Shown in pieces: positions 46,753-57,014 of a stretch of DNA of 64,000 bases; position 1 is the first letter of the stretch, and each line of letters opens with the position of its first letter. This DNA is from a virus (Duplodnaviria; Caudoviricetes). The notes under the pieces are model-generated. The model ran no database searches and was not told the origin of the DNA. It worked only from the letters and a program-made list of their open reading frames with translations. Location of the stretch: positions 22,116-86,115 of the IMG/VR virus record IMGVR_UViG_3300005201_000042; one strand, given 5' to 3'. The position numbers were made by a program, and so were the translations under genes.

Positions 46753-47337
46753 GTGAGTCCCTTAGGTTTCGTATCCTTGCAAATAAGCAGCGTACAGAAC
46801 ATGGTGAATTTGGAGTTGAAGTTAGTGTCTGACGCTCTTGACCTACGGAACTCTCAACTCAAAGGCTATTTAAGGGAGTTCTATTGTAAGCCTGATATGA
46901 ACCCTGTTCTCTGGTCTACTGCCAAGGCTTGTTTAGACAACGCTAAGGCTTCGTTTTACGGGGTCAGGTTCTCTGATGACCTAGCTATGCACCAGTTTGC
47001 TCTTGCTGTGCTTTTATCCTCTGGTAAGCAGTTTAATTGGTATCACACGCAGAGTTTCAGGGTTGTTCAAGATAACTTGGACGATAGAATGCTTCTTACT
47101 GATTATCCTAATTATGACATTGTCTTTATAACGCATGATCGAGGGACAATGTACAATAAGGTTCTAGGGCAGATGGTTAATCAAGTGGCAATCCTTCGGG
47201 CACCTCAAAAGACTTTCTTTTTTGACCGAGGTGGTTTTCCTGTTATTGATTTAATAACTCCTATTGTTTCTGTGTCTGACTTATCTAACTTTGCATCTAA
47301 GGCAAAATCTTTAGCTAGTAATGGGGATAATCTATGA
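46753..47337 (+). CDS. Possible degenerate helicase loader
   Basis: YDIVFI...MVNQVAILR...T resembles the DnaC-type Walker B region; lies before the helicase; no Walker A. Confidence 0.3.
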   Translation: MSPLGFVSLQISSVQNMVNLELKLVSDALDLRNSQLKGYLREFYCKPDMNPVLWSTAKACLDNAKASFYGVRFSDDLAMHQFALAVLLSSGKQFNWYHTQSFRVVQDNLDDRMLLTDYPNYDIVFITHDRGTMYNKVLGQMVNQVAILRAPQKTFFFDRGGFPVIDLITPIVSVSDLSNFASKAKSLASNGDNL

Positions 47338-47499
47338 TTGTGGATTTAACAATGGATCAAGTGGAGTCAATCATTGCTTTAATCGAATATAGCCGTTCTC
47401 TTCACGTTACTAGTTCAGTTTTCATATCACGTGCATTTGGATCCTCTATGGACAATGTATTGGTAATTTTAGATCAGGTAAAATCTAAGGAGCTTATAA

Positions 47500-48840
47500 A
47501 TGATTGTGCCTGACGAGGTTCTTGCTGGCTTTTATCATCTAAGTTGCATTGAAGACGAAGCCATAGCTGAGGCAGAAGCAAAAGTATTAAAAGACAGACT
47601 CTATTTCATTCCTGACAATTATAAGCAGTGGTTCTCATGGTTTTTAGACTACTTTGCGTCTTATAACTTGTTTCCTTCATGGGGAAAGGTAAAATCTCAG
47701 ATGGGTTTGGACAGGGACATGGTTCTCTCTGTTCAAGATGCCAGAGATATCCATGCAAAGAACCTAGCTGTTTGGGAGTCTGATTTTCTAGCTGAGAAAC
47801 TAACAAAGGTTCCTTTAGTTGAACGCAGGGATATATTGGTTAAGCTGTCTAATGTTCTCTCTGCTGATACTCAGGTATCTGTTTCTTTAGACTCACTAAA
47901 TGACTTTGATATTAACGGGGCAATAATCAAGAAGGAATCTGGTCAAGGTCAGTTTTTTTCAATGTTTACTCAACATTTAAATACCCAGTGTATTGTTAAT
48001 CCAGGAACTGTTATTTCAATTCTTGGGGGACCGGGCATGGGTAAGAGTATGGCGGCTCTTAACTTGGCTTATCTTAATTCTGTTCTGGGTAGTTTAAACT
48101 CTCTTTATATTTACCTTGAGAACACAGTGAACGCTTATAATATTGAGCTTATGGCAAGGCATTCATATACAAATGGAATGCTTATTGAGAACGCCACGAT
48201 GAAGCGAGGTATTGATCCTGATGAGTCCACTGCTGTCAAAAAGGTTCAAGAGCTACTAGACTCTTTAAACAATGATAGGAGAGGTAACATTTTCTTCGCT
48301 CCATTCTCTCGGTTTAATCCTGAACCTTTACGGTTTGCCAATCAGTTAGGCAAGTATGTAATGGAACATAATATACAAGTTGTCATTGTGGACTATCTCC
48401 AGCGGTGCAAGTCTTTCACCCCATTGAAGTGGGATGGTAGGGAGTATATTAATCAGATAATGTCTTCCTTTAGTTCTGCGGCTCAAGGTAGTTTCAGTTC
48501 TAATCCTTTTGTAGGCATAATGCTTTCTCAGTTAACAAGGGCGGCTGAGGAGAAGTGGTTAAAAACAAAGGGTGTAGGTATGACTATTTATGACTCTGTT
48601 GAGGCACCTTCTATTGAACGGGATTCGTATATTGTGTTAGGCATTTACGCCGACCCTGCGCTTCGGTCTAACCAGAACATGGTTTACAAGCTTCTAAAAA
48701 ATCGGGACGAGGCGGCTGATGTTGGTACGGTGTTGACTACTGCTTTACCACAGTATTGTTATATGGGGGATGTTCAGTCTGGGCAGTCTGTTCCTACTTT
48801 TACGCAGGAAGACGCTAAGACTTTGTTGGATATTTATTGA
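47500..48840 (+). CDS. dnaB: Replicative DnaB-like (SF4) helicase
   Basis: GGPGMGKS, VIVDYLQ, LSQLTR, SIERD, KNRD. Confidence 0.85.
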   Translation: MIVPDEVLAGFYHLSCIEDEAIAEAEAKVLKDRLYFIPDNYKQWFSWFLDYFASYNLFPSWGKVKSQMGLDRDMVLSVQDARDIHAKNLAVWESDFLAEKLTKVPLVERRDILVKLSNVLSADTQVSVSLDSLNDFDINGAIIKKESGQGQFFSMFTQHLNTQCIVNPGTVISILGGPGMGKSMAALNLAYLNSVLGSLNSLYIYLENTVNAYNIELMARHSYTNGMLIENATMKRGIDPDESTAVKKVQELLDSLNNDRRGNIFFAPFSRFNPEPLRFANQLGKYVMEHNIQVVIVDYLQRCKSFTPLKWDGREYINQIMSSFSSAAQGSFSSNPFVGIMLSQLTRAAEEKWLKTKGVGMTIYDSVEAPSIERDSYIVLGIYADPALRSNQNMVYKLLKNRDEAADVGTVLTTALPQYCYMGDVQSGQSVPTFTQEDAKTLLDIY

Positions 48841-49371
48841 TGGGAGGGTGTATGTGGAAAGGGAAAATTTTATCTACTGATGTTGATGTTAAGGTAAACA
48901 TGGGAGATTATAGGGTTCTAATTTTCAATGTTGACCCTGTAGGTTTTTCTCTTGCTTCTGAAGACAGGTATTCTTCTAAGGAAGAGGATCTTGTTCCCAG
49001 TGTTAATCTGTCAGACTTATCTAATATTGTTTCATGGGCTTATAACCTAGGCTATGAGAGTGGTCATAACGAAGCAACTGAGAGTCCTAAAACTACAGGT
49101 GTAAGTGTATGAGAAACTTTCCTCTAACACCTTTCGGGGTTCTTGTTTGTGCTTTGTTAATTTTAGTTATAATTCTGTTTTTTTGTGTCTATTTTTAAGG
49201 AGGTAAGACAGTGAGAGTATGTAAAGGAAAAAGACAGTACACAATCAAACTAGTAGTTGCTAGTAATTTTGTTTTAGATGATGTAGTCAGGTATATTAAT
49301 TCTAGGTTAAGAAAATTTGACATTTTAGATCTTCTAGTACACACTACGCCGAAGAAGTTTGATGATGGAGA

Positions 49372-50308
49372 TTGTGTATGACCTATTCTTTTGTTGGTAT
49401 AGTAAAAAGGAACTCCCAGTCGATGAGGGTTCTAGTTGTTTCAGAGGAAGGCAGGTACTACGTTTGGACAACCTCTTCTACTGACGGTAGTCTTTATTTA
49501 AGAGAAGGTATGTCTATTCCTTCGGAGGAATTAGAGCTGGCTAATCAAAGACAGATTAACATTGGACGGGGTGAAGTTTGGACTCCTAATTCATCTAAAG
49601 TACGAGAAGAAATGATTTATATTGGTGTGGTCAGCGGTGGTAAGGCACGAAAAACAATCTTGGTTAAGCATAAAGAGGATTCTTCTAATCCATATTATTT
49701 TATTTATGCTGTTCCTTCGGACTTTTTAACTGGTTTATATCCAGGAGACCACCTTTTAGTAGATACTAGGAAGATGTCTGTGGCACGTCCAGACCATATA
49801 GATGCAGGGTTAGGAAATGGAAAACTTAAAAGAAAAAGACGAGTTTCTGTATCGTGAACCTATAAAAGGTGATGTGCAGAAATTCTTAGTAACTTTCCAC
49901 TCAGATAAAGGCATTAGTGTCAGTAACACCATATCTCACGAGGATTTCACTGTCTCTAACAAGGTCTATCCAGACGGTTCTTATTATTTAGAGGGTGTTG
50001 GTTCTTTTTTCCCTGAAACGGAGGAATGGAAACGAAAGTATCAAGATAGCTTATATCTTCGTGTTAGTCAGATCCAGTTTACGGTTTACTTTGTGCAGGC
50101 TGTGAAGAGGGGTAAGGTAAACACAAGAGCTTTAGTTGTTAACGATGAGGGTGTTTGTTATCATACCTTTGTTCCTACGTTTCCTTCTCCACGGTTTGGG
50201 CAGAGCTATGAGAAGTTGTTTATGGACTTAGAGGTGGTTTCCGTAATCCCTATAAAAGACTTGCTAAAGAAAGTAGGGTTAGCAAGGATGAGTGATTTAA
50301 CTTTATGA
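49372..50308 (+). CDS. Two adjacent paralogous hypothetical proteins (49372-49857, 49817-50308)
   Basis: FVGIVKR...RVLVVSEEG vs FVQAVKR...RALVVNDEG. Confidence 0.55.
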
Positions 50309-50592
50309 CCTTAAAAGACTACATGGTTGCACGGGGCTGGGTTCGTTCCAACTCTAACAAGTGCTTGTGTCCTTTTCATAACGACCGTTCTGCTTCTGCT
50401 ATTCTTAATCCAAACAGTATTTATTGTTTTACCTGTGGTCAGCTTTACTCACTGTGGGACTTTCAACAGGCTTTTGGTATTTTTCTTGACAAGGTTGACG
50501 AGGGTGATTCTCGGTGCTTAAGTGCAATTAAGGGAGATTTTGCTTATCAATATAACCAGGTTCTTTTTTCTTATCCTTTTACGGTTAGCTAG
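50305..50592 (+). CDS. Stand-alone CHC2 primase-type zinc finger
   Basis: CPFHND.SAS...YCFTCG...WDF. Confidence 0.75.
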   Translation: MTLKDYMVARGWVRSNSNKCLCPFHNDRSASAILNPNSIYCFTCGQLYSLWDFQQAFGIFLDKVDEGDSRCLSAIKGDFAYQYNQVLFSYPFTVS

Positions 50593-50630
50593 TTATACAC
50601 ACTTGTTATATAATTCTTATTTGCTAATGT
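50593..50630 (+). promoter_or_regulatory. Class I promoter
   Basis: TTATACACAC-TTGTTA-N16-TAATGT with TG extension. Confidence 0.75.
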
Positions 50631-50661
50631 TAAAGTATCAAATCAATTAAGGAGAAAGATT

Positions 50662-52050
50662 ATGAGAACAGAAAAACGTGAGTTATTTAACGTAGGGGAG
50701 ATAAAGGATGGAAGAGAGAATTTCATTTTCTCCAACGGTTTTTCATTCGGTATGAGAGCGGGTGCACAATCTTTAATTAAAATGTTGCAGAACGATATAA
50801 ACGAAAAACAGTTAAGGGATGTTGACGCAATAAAAATGCTCATCTTTGATACTTGGAAATCAATCTGTATAGACAACACAAACTTTATTGTTGAGGCTCC
50901 TCATAACTAAAAACTGTAAGCTTTGCGGTGCTAAGATGGTTTGGGAAAATCCTTATGTTCATGGTCATTTTCACGAAGGGGACGCTAATATTGAGGATTG
51001 GGATATCTGTTCTGACTGCATGATAGAGCATTGCTGTCAGACAAATTGTCTTGGCTGTGGATATGGTACATACCCTATTTGCAGGTTTTTGGAAACGAAA
51101 AAACTTTATATGGAAAACGAGTAAATTATGGAAAAGGTAAAAACAGGAACAAACGAAAAAGGTATAAGGGCTGTTGTTGAAAAGGCGACTAAAAGAGCCA
51201 ATTGGTATAAGGAGACTTATCCGAAGGCTAATGATTTTGAGAAACGGCTTGCTAACCAATTTTGGGGTGTTATCCATCGTTGGAGGAAGTCTCACTTTTT
51301 AACCATTCCGCAGGATGATCTTCTTTTTGGTTTAATCAAAGAGGCTGGTTTCTAATATGAACGGACATGCTAAGAAAGGTGGAGAGATAGGTATTAATGG
51401 TGCTTTCTATGAAGGTGGTCAGTTTCTGCCTTCTACGACAAATGAGAAAGGCACATCTAGTCGCAGAGGAGATAGAAAGATTGAAATAGAGCCTTATGTG
51501 TGGGTAGAATATTCAGGGAAGCTTGCTGAGGGTGAGGTTGTAGACGGGTTTTACAGGTTTTTCTCTTCAGATTATAAGACTATCTATGGAAATGATTACG
51601 CTTCTTTTATCCTTCCTTATAAGAAAGCATGGGACGAAGGTAAGCGGTTTCGTATTTTTGAGCGTACTTCTCATGGTATGCGTTTACTGCGTTTCGAATA
51701 AAAAGGGTTAAATCATGGATGAAAAAGTAAAGCTTAATAAATGTGCTTGTGGTGCAACTATTCCAGAAGGTTATCGAGATGGCAAGTATTGTGTGGATTG
51801 CTGGCATAAGAATAAGGCGTTTATAGACAAGATAAAGTCTGTCTCTATTAATCCTAAGTTTAAGAGGTAGTTTAATGGAAGAACTGAGTTTGACGAAAGA
51901 ACAGAGGCTTGCTTGTATTCTTAAGAGATTACAGAATATAGCTCATAGTGCAGATAAAGTTCCATTGTACTTGGAAGCTTTGGATGCAAGGATTTTATGG
52001 TCTTACATTGATGAGATCCAGAGCTTGGTTGGCTATCAAATGGAATAAGC
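50662..52050 (+). CDS. Cluster of small early-type hypothetical ORFs (incl. 50662-50910, 50888-51124, 51128-51355, 51357-51701)
   Basis: Tightly packed short ORFs after a class I promoter; several are Cys-rich. Confidence 0.6.
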
Positions 52051-52053
52051 GGG

Positions 52054-52091
52054 TTATCCACGCTTGTTTTCCTGTGCTGGGGTGTTATACT
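52054..52091 (+). promoter_or_regulatory. Class I promoter
   Basis: TTATCCACGC-TTGTTT-N16-TATACT. Confidence 0.7.
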
Positions 52092-52110
52092 TTCTTTAAG
52101 GAGTTAAGTT

Positions 52111-52805
52111 ATGATTGAATCTCTAAAAGATTTAGGAGTTGAGTTTGTGGGGGCACGACCATTAAAAAATGGTCGTATTGCTCTGTCTTATAGGAATATT
52201 CAAACTAGAGATGAAGAAGTCAGGGTATATAACGTATGGGAGGATTTTAAAGATCGTAGGTACGACCCTGAGATTGACCATCTGTTTGACCCAGAGTTTT
52301 TCTCTACGATGTTTTATTATGCTGGGTGTGTTTGTTGGACTTTCCAAATGGAGTTTCCTTTAGAAGATTTATATACATGGAGTGACCTTGTGGAGGAGGA
52401 CTTCTATTGTCTAGTGTAATTTTTTCTCTTGGTAAAGTCATGGTAAATTCACGCTTTTCTAATCTGTTTCTTACTATTGATAATAAGGGTACGAAACAGT
52501 GTAAGCATCATCTCCCTCATGGGCATATTTTATACAAAAAAGAAAGAGGTGCTGTCATTTCTCTTGACTCTCCTTTTGATATTCTGGCTGGAGAGAATAC
52601 TTCAGAACATCGTCATATAGACCTTGTTAGAATATTTCTAAAAGAACATACGTTATATATTCACTTCGCATGGGATTACTATGCAGAACAGACTGTTTAT
52701 GCTAAGGAATATGCTGACCCTGCTGTCAAGGCTCAGTGCCATCGCTGGGCTAGTGAGAACTTTCGAAGTGGTTCTATTCAAATTAATTCTAAGTTAACTT
52801 TTTAA
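52111..52805 (+). CDS. Two hypothetical ORFs (52111-52419, 52407-52805)
   Basis: AAGGAG RBS at 52098; ORF track. Confidence 0.6.
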
Positions 52806-52815
52806 TATCTCTAAT

Positions 52816-52826
52816 TTTCGTATAAG
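52816..52826 (+). promoter_or_regulatory. Class II motif TTTCGTATAAG
   Basis: Upstream of the DNA polymerase gene. Confidence 0.65.
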
Positions 52827-52850
52827 TCCTCATACCTGTGGGAGGGGACT

Positions 52851-55073
52851 ATGCCTTATAATGCCTATGCTCAGAAATCCGAATTTCGTAAAGAATCTAA
52901 GAATTCTTACGTTCCATATTACGGAAAAACTAGTTGGGGCAAAGTCCCTCAGAAATTAGGTTTCAAGCCTAATGTTCAGATAATAAAGAAGTCTAATTTT
53001 GAGCAAATATTTAATCAAGTAAAAGAAGCAGACTTTGTTTCTCTGGATACTGAGACGACAAGCCTTAAATGGGATGAAGCAGATTTAATAACTATTAACG
53101 TTGGTCTCCCTGACAATAATAACTTTATTGGTTTTTACTACACTGGTTTCTTTGATGAAGATAAGCAGTGTAACTTGGCAGTTAAAGAAGATTTAGACCG
53201 CTTGCTTATTCTTATCTTATCCAAGCCTGTTGTCTTTATGTGGAATCGTTACTACGACCAGCAGATATTAATGCACTGTCTTGGTTTCCGTGAAGACCAG
53301 TTCTGGACTTGTTACGATGGGTTGGATCTGCTCTGGTTAATGGATTCTAATGTAAAGGCTGGTTTAACTTTAAAGCAATCTGCACAAGACTTTTTAGGAA
53401 TTCCTAACTGGGGATTGGAAGAAGATGTCTGGGAAGATATCCGCGCCATTGATCCTAAACTTCTAATTGTCTATGGCAGTTACGACGCTTATGCTACTTT
53501 GGAGCTTGGGTCGCAATTATATAAATTATTTAAGAAGCACTATCCTTTTATGCTTCAACTTCACTTAGAGTTTAAAAACGCCTTATTTGCTTATAAAGAA
53601 CAACACCAACTCCTTGATGTACCTTATATTGAGAACTTAGCTACTGAGGTTGCTAAGTTGACGGAGGAGGTAAAGTCACAGTTTTTTGAGTCTTACGGTG
53701 TTATCAATCTCAACTCTAACCCTCAAAAGTCTGATCTGCTGTTAAAACTCGGTTACAGCACAGGTGTTTGGAACAAGCCTAAGAAAGACGGGACGATGGT
53801 AATGAGCACTAAAGAAGAGCTGCTACAGGCTCTTGCCGACAAGGGGTGTGAACCTGCCAAGTTAATGATACGAGCTTCTAAACTGACAAAGTTACAAACT
53901 TCTTATCTTACGCCAATGTTGGAGGCTGGTAAGTCTGGGAAGCCCATCCGATTTCACTTTAGAGACCATGATACGGCTACGCTTCGTCTTTCTGCTGGGA
54001 AGTACATGGTTAATCGAAAGGTTTATGATTACTACCTCCCTATTAGTATGCAGACGATTCCCAAACCTCACAAGGTTTGCAGGGAGTTAAACTACAATCC
54101 AGAGACGTTTGAGTTTGATTTTTTGGACGAAGGCAAGGGTCAGTATTACGTTGAGACTGGTTCACCTGACATGAATGTCCGAGCCGCATTCTGTGCCTCT
54201 CCAAACGGTGTAATAATTAAGTCAGACTTTGCACAGCAGGAGTTGCTTGTAGGGGCATCTTTGTCTAATGAAACTACATGGCTAGACGCTATAAAATCTG
54301 GTAAAGATTTACATAAATCTACGGGAAGGAGTGTTTATGGAAGAGATATAGTGGGGGATGAGAGAGGGGTTATAAAAGCAGTAAATTTTGGGGTGCTTTA
54401 CGAAGTTGAGAATCCTGAGTTTGTGGTTGCTAATATAACTGGCTGGCCTATTGAACGTGCTAGAGAGTTTTTTGTGAAGTATAAGTCAGCTCTTCCTCGA
54501 TTATATGCATGGAAAGACAAAGTTATGTTAGAAGGTCGAACCACAGGAAGTATAAAGAACTTATATGGTTTTGAGCGGCGTGTTTATTCTTATTATCACA
54601 CGGCAAATAGACAAATGCACAAGTTTGGGGATCGAACTTGTGTTTCTCAGTCTATTCAAGGTCTTTGTGCAATAATGATGCGAATTCTTATGGTTAAGTT
54701 TTGGAAGATGTTGTGTCTATCAAAGGGTAAATACTACGGTGCAGGTATTTATCCTCTGCTAAGTCTTCATGATGAACTGGCTTTCCGGGCAGATGATAAA
54801 TCTGTTCTTCCTGAGTTCCTACCTGATTTAAGAAATACGATGTCATCTGTAACTCCTTCTGATTGGACTGTTAAGTTGAAGGCAGAAATTGAGCTTGGTC
54901 ATAACTACGGTCAGACCTTTGTCGTGCATCAAAATGCTAAAGGGTTATGGGTTCCAAAAGAAGAGGAGCGAAATGAAGACAAGCCTGTGGTTTCTCCTTC
55001 TGTTGTTACGGCTTCTATGGTTGATGATTGGATATCTGAGACAGAAGATGAATTAGAGGGTTTTAATTTTTAA
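52851..55073 (+). CDS. polA: Family A DNA polymerase with 3'-5' exonuclease
   Basis: DTETT exo motif, YDAY, TLRLS, DFAQQEL (motif A), K..NFG.LY (motif B), HDEL (motif C). Confidence 0.92.
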   Translation: MPYNAYAQKSEFRKESKNSYVPYYGKTSWGKVPQKLGFKPNVQIIKKSNFEQIFNQVKEADFVSLDTETTSLKWDEADLITINVGLPDNNNFIGFYYTGFFDEDKQCNLAVKEDLDRLLILILSKPVVFMWNRYYDQQILMHCLGFREDQFWTCYDGLDLLWLMDSNVKAGLTLKQSAQDFLGIPNWGLEEDVWEDIRAIDPKLLIVYGSYDAYATLELGSQLYKLFKKHYPFMLQLHLEFKNALFAYKEQHQLLDVPYIENLATEVAKLTEEVKSQFFESYGVINLNSNPQKSDLLLKLGYSTGVWNKPKKDGTMVMSTKEELLQALADKGCEPAKLMIRASKLTKLQTSYLTPMLEAGKSGKPIRFHFRDHDTATLRLSAGKYMVNRKVYDYYLPISMQTIPKPHKVCRELNYNPETFEFDFLDEGKGQYYVETGSPDMNVRAAFCASPNGVIIKSDFAQQELLVGASLSNETTWLDAIKSGKDLHKSTGRSVYGRDIVGDERGVIKAVNFGVLYEVENPEFVVANITGWPIERAREFFVKYKSALPRLYAWKDKVMLEGRTTGSIKNLYGFERRVYSYYHTANRQMHKFGDRTCVSQSIQGLCAIMMRILMVKFWKMLCLSKGKYYGAGIYPLLSLHDELAFRADDKSVLPEFLPDLRNTMSSVTPSDWTVKLKAEIELGHNYGQTFVVHQNAKGLWVPKEEERNEDKPVVSPSVVTASMVDDWISETEDELEGFNF

Positions 55074-55084
55074 AAGGATTTTGA

Positions 55085-55701
55085 ATGGCAAAATTAACGG
55101 TTACACGGATTATCCGCTCTGGTAAAAAGTCTCAATCAAGGGTAGAGACTTCGGATGGTCATCAGCTTGTAATAGACCATAGCGTTGGTAAGCCTTATGT
55201 GGGTATGGAGCTAGATATTGAGGACTTGAGTTCAACAAAGAGTGAGTTACGTCCATTACGGAAGGGGGACAAGTATCCAGAGCTTTTACCTGCTATGGAT
55301 GTCTTATAGATGTGTATGAGGAATCCTTCTCTTTATGATAAGCCAGCAGGTCTACTAGAAGTTATTAAGGTGGTTATTCTTACCCTTGTGGTCGCTGGTC
55401 TTGTTTTTGTTTGGTCTTTTGGAATTACTAAGATAGCTGAGGAAAATGCTAAGAAAATGAAGGAGTCTGGTACTATAAAAGGTATACAAATAATAATTGA
55501 AAGGGAGGAAGATGTTGAATGAAAGTAGTAATTGAACATGGTGAGTACAAAGGCAGTCCCACGGTATCTATCCGTAAGGATACGGTTGAACAGAACAGCT
55601 ATCCTTTTACCTTTGGGTTAGCTAAGGCAAAGTTGCTATTGGCGGCTTTACAACAAGAGCCTACCTTTGTTGAGAAATTCATAGACAACTTTGACGATTA
55701 A
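55085..55701 (+). CDS. Three small ORFs (55085-55309, 55310-55522 with one TM helix, 55519-55701)
   Basis: Coupled short ORFs; the last has FTFGLAKAKLLL, typical of small phage proteins. Confidence 0.55.
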
Positions 55702-55702
55702 G

Positions 55703-55740
55703 TTATACAAGCTTGTTTTTCTTTATCTATGTGTTACTCT
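55703..55740 (+). promoter_or_regulatory. Class I promoter
   Basis: TTATACAAGC-TTGTTT-N16-TACTCT with TG extension. Confidence 0.55.
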
Positions 55741-56502
55741 AGTTCTAAGAGGTATTTTATGGAAGGTTTTACGTTTTTTAATTTAAATAACGAGGATCCA
55801 GATCCTCGTAAGGCTGACTTTGTTCGGCAGGAGGCTGTGTTTTTTACTTCTGTAAAAGAGTCCATTCAGTCTGGAGCTGGTCTAAGTAGAATTTTACAAC
55901 ATAGAAAAGAGGCTGATCTTGTTTTTATTTCTGCCTTTCGAACTGGAGATAATCCTTCTGAGGGAGGTTATGGTTTTTACAAAGATGGGGAGGTGGACTC
56001 TCTCGGTAATGCTCATAAGGATGGGGAGGCTGTTAGTAGAAATGAAAATCAGAGAAGGAGTAAATCTCTTGCACAAGAGATAAAACGTCTAGGTTATGGC
56101 TTTGTTAAGGTTGAGGGACATTACGATGGAAAAGTAGAAGAATCTTACTGTGTAATTAATTACAAGGAAAATACTCAAGATTTTATACAGAATTTATCTC
56201 AGCTTGCTAATAAGTTTGGTCAAGATTCTATTCTTGTTGCTCCAAAGGGTGTTTCTGCTTTTTTCTATAGCTTTGATGGTTCTAAGGATGTTCTTAAAAA
56301 CGATCTCTCTGTTCTTGAGGATGCAGTTAAGAATTACACATCTGTTAAAGGGCATCATTTTGCTTTTAGTGTCTTGGATGTTGGGGGACGAGATAGTTTA
56401 TCCCCTATTAGAGGTGGTATGAAGGTTCTTATTCCTACAGGTAGTCGAAAGGAATTATTACAAGAAAGAAATACAAATCATTTACTGAAGTTAATGAGAT
56501 AA
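55729..56502 (+). CDS. Conserved large-phage protein (DUF3293-like); likely start 55759
   Basis: LSRI..H...ISAFR...EN.RR...L...I...GYGF.KVEG.Y...EES...KFGQDSILV. Confidence 0.55.
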   Translation: MCYSSSKRYFMEGFTFFNLNNEDPDPRKADFVRQEAVFFTSVKESIQSGAGLSRILQHRKEADLVFISAFRTGDNPSEGGYGFYKDGEVDSLGNAHKDGEAVSRNENQRRSKSLAQEIKRLGYGFVKVEGHYDGKVEESYCVINYKENTQDFIQNLSQLANKFGQDSILVAPKGVSAFFYSFDGSKDVLKNDLSVLEDAVKNYTSVKGHHFAFSVLDVGGRDSLSPIRGGMKVLIPTGSRKELLQERNTNHLLKLMR

Positions 56503-56526
56503 TCTATCTTTTTTCCTTTCTAAAAC

Positions 56527-56548
56527 ACCATCCTTCGGGATGGTTTTT
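56527..56548 (+). terminator. UUCG-loop terminator, third family member
   Basis: ACCATCC-TTCG-GGATGGT-TTTT, abutting a class I promoter. Confidence 0.8.
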
Positions 56549-56551
56549 ATT

Positions 56552-56589
56552 TTATACACACTTGTTATACATTTCTCTTCTGTTAAGGT
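56552..56589 (+). promoter_or_regulatory. Class I promoter
   Basis: TTATACACAC-TTGTTA-N16-TAAGGT with TG extension. Confidence 0.75.
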
Positions 56590-56991
56590 TAAATTATAAA
56601 ATTTTAAAAGAAGGAAGTGAAGCAGACCTGAACAGTGGTCACGGCTTCCTTCTTTAATTAAGGAGGAAATTATGAATAATTCAAAGGTTTTAACTGCAAT
56701 CAACTGTAGTGATTCTACTTTAAGGGTTGATATGCTTGATGGACGTTTTTATCGTTTTGACTCTATGGAGGAGTTACAGAAGTTTTTTGTTGTCTTGGGT
56801 GTTCTCTCTAACGGAGATTATGCTGTTCAAGAAAAAGGAGCTGTCTAATGACAAGAAAGGAAGAAAATAAACTCTATGAAGAGTATGAGGCAGAATTAGA
56901 GGCTTACGGGTGGGATTACGACTGTTTGACATTTTGTGAGTGGTTAGAGGCAAGAGCGAATAGAGAGCAAATAGGTGCTTAGTTAACTTAT

Positions 56992-57002
56992 TTTCGTATA
57001 AG
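56992..57002 (+). promoter_or_regulatory. Class II motif TTTCGTATAAG
   Basis: Heads the Zn-ribbon-ssb-radC unit. Confidence 0.65.
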
Positions 57003-57014
57003 GGTTGTATCTTA

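Noticed and set aside
52851-55073. Intron or intein in the DNA polymerase
   Set aside because: The ORF is continuous, motifs A-C are normally spaced, and no Hint signatures are present.
20712-56561. TTATACACA boxes as a bacterial oriC
   Set aside because: They are single, dispersed and always fixed to a -35 element, not clustered beside an unwinding region.
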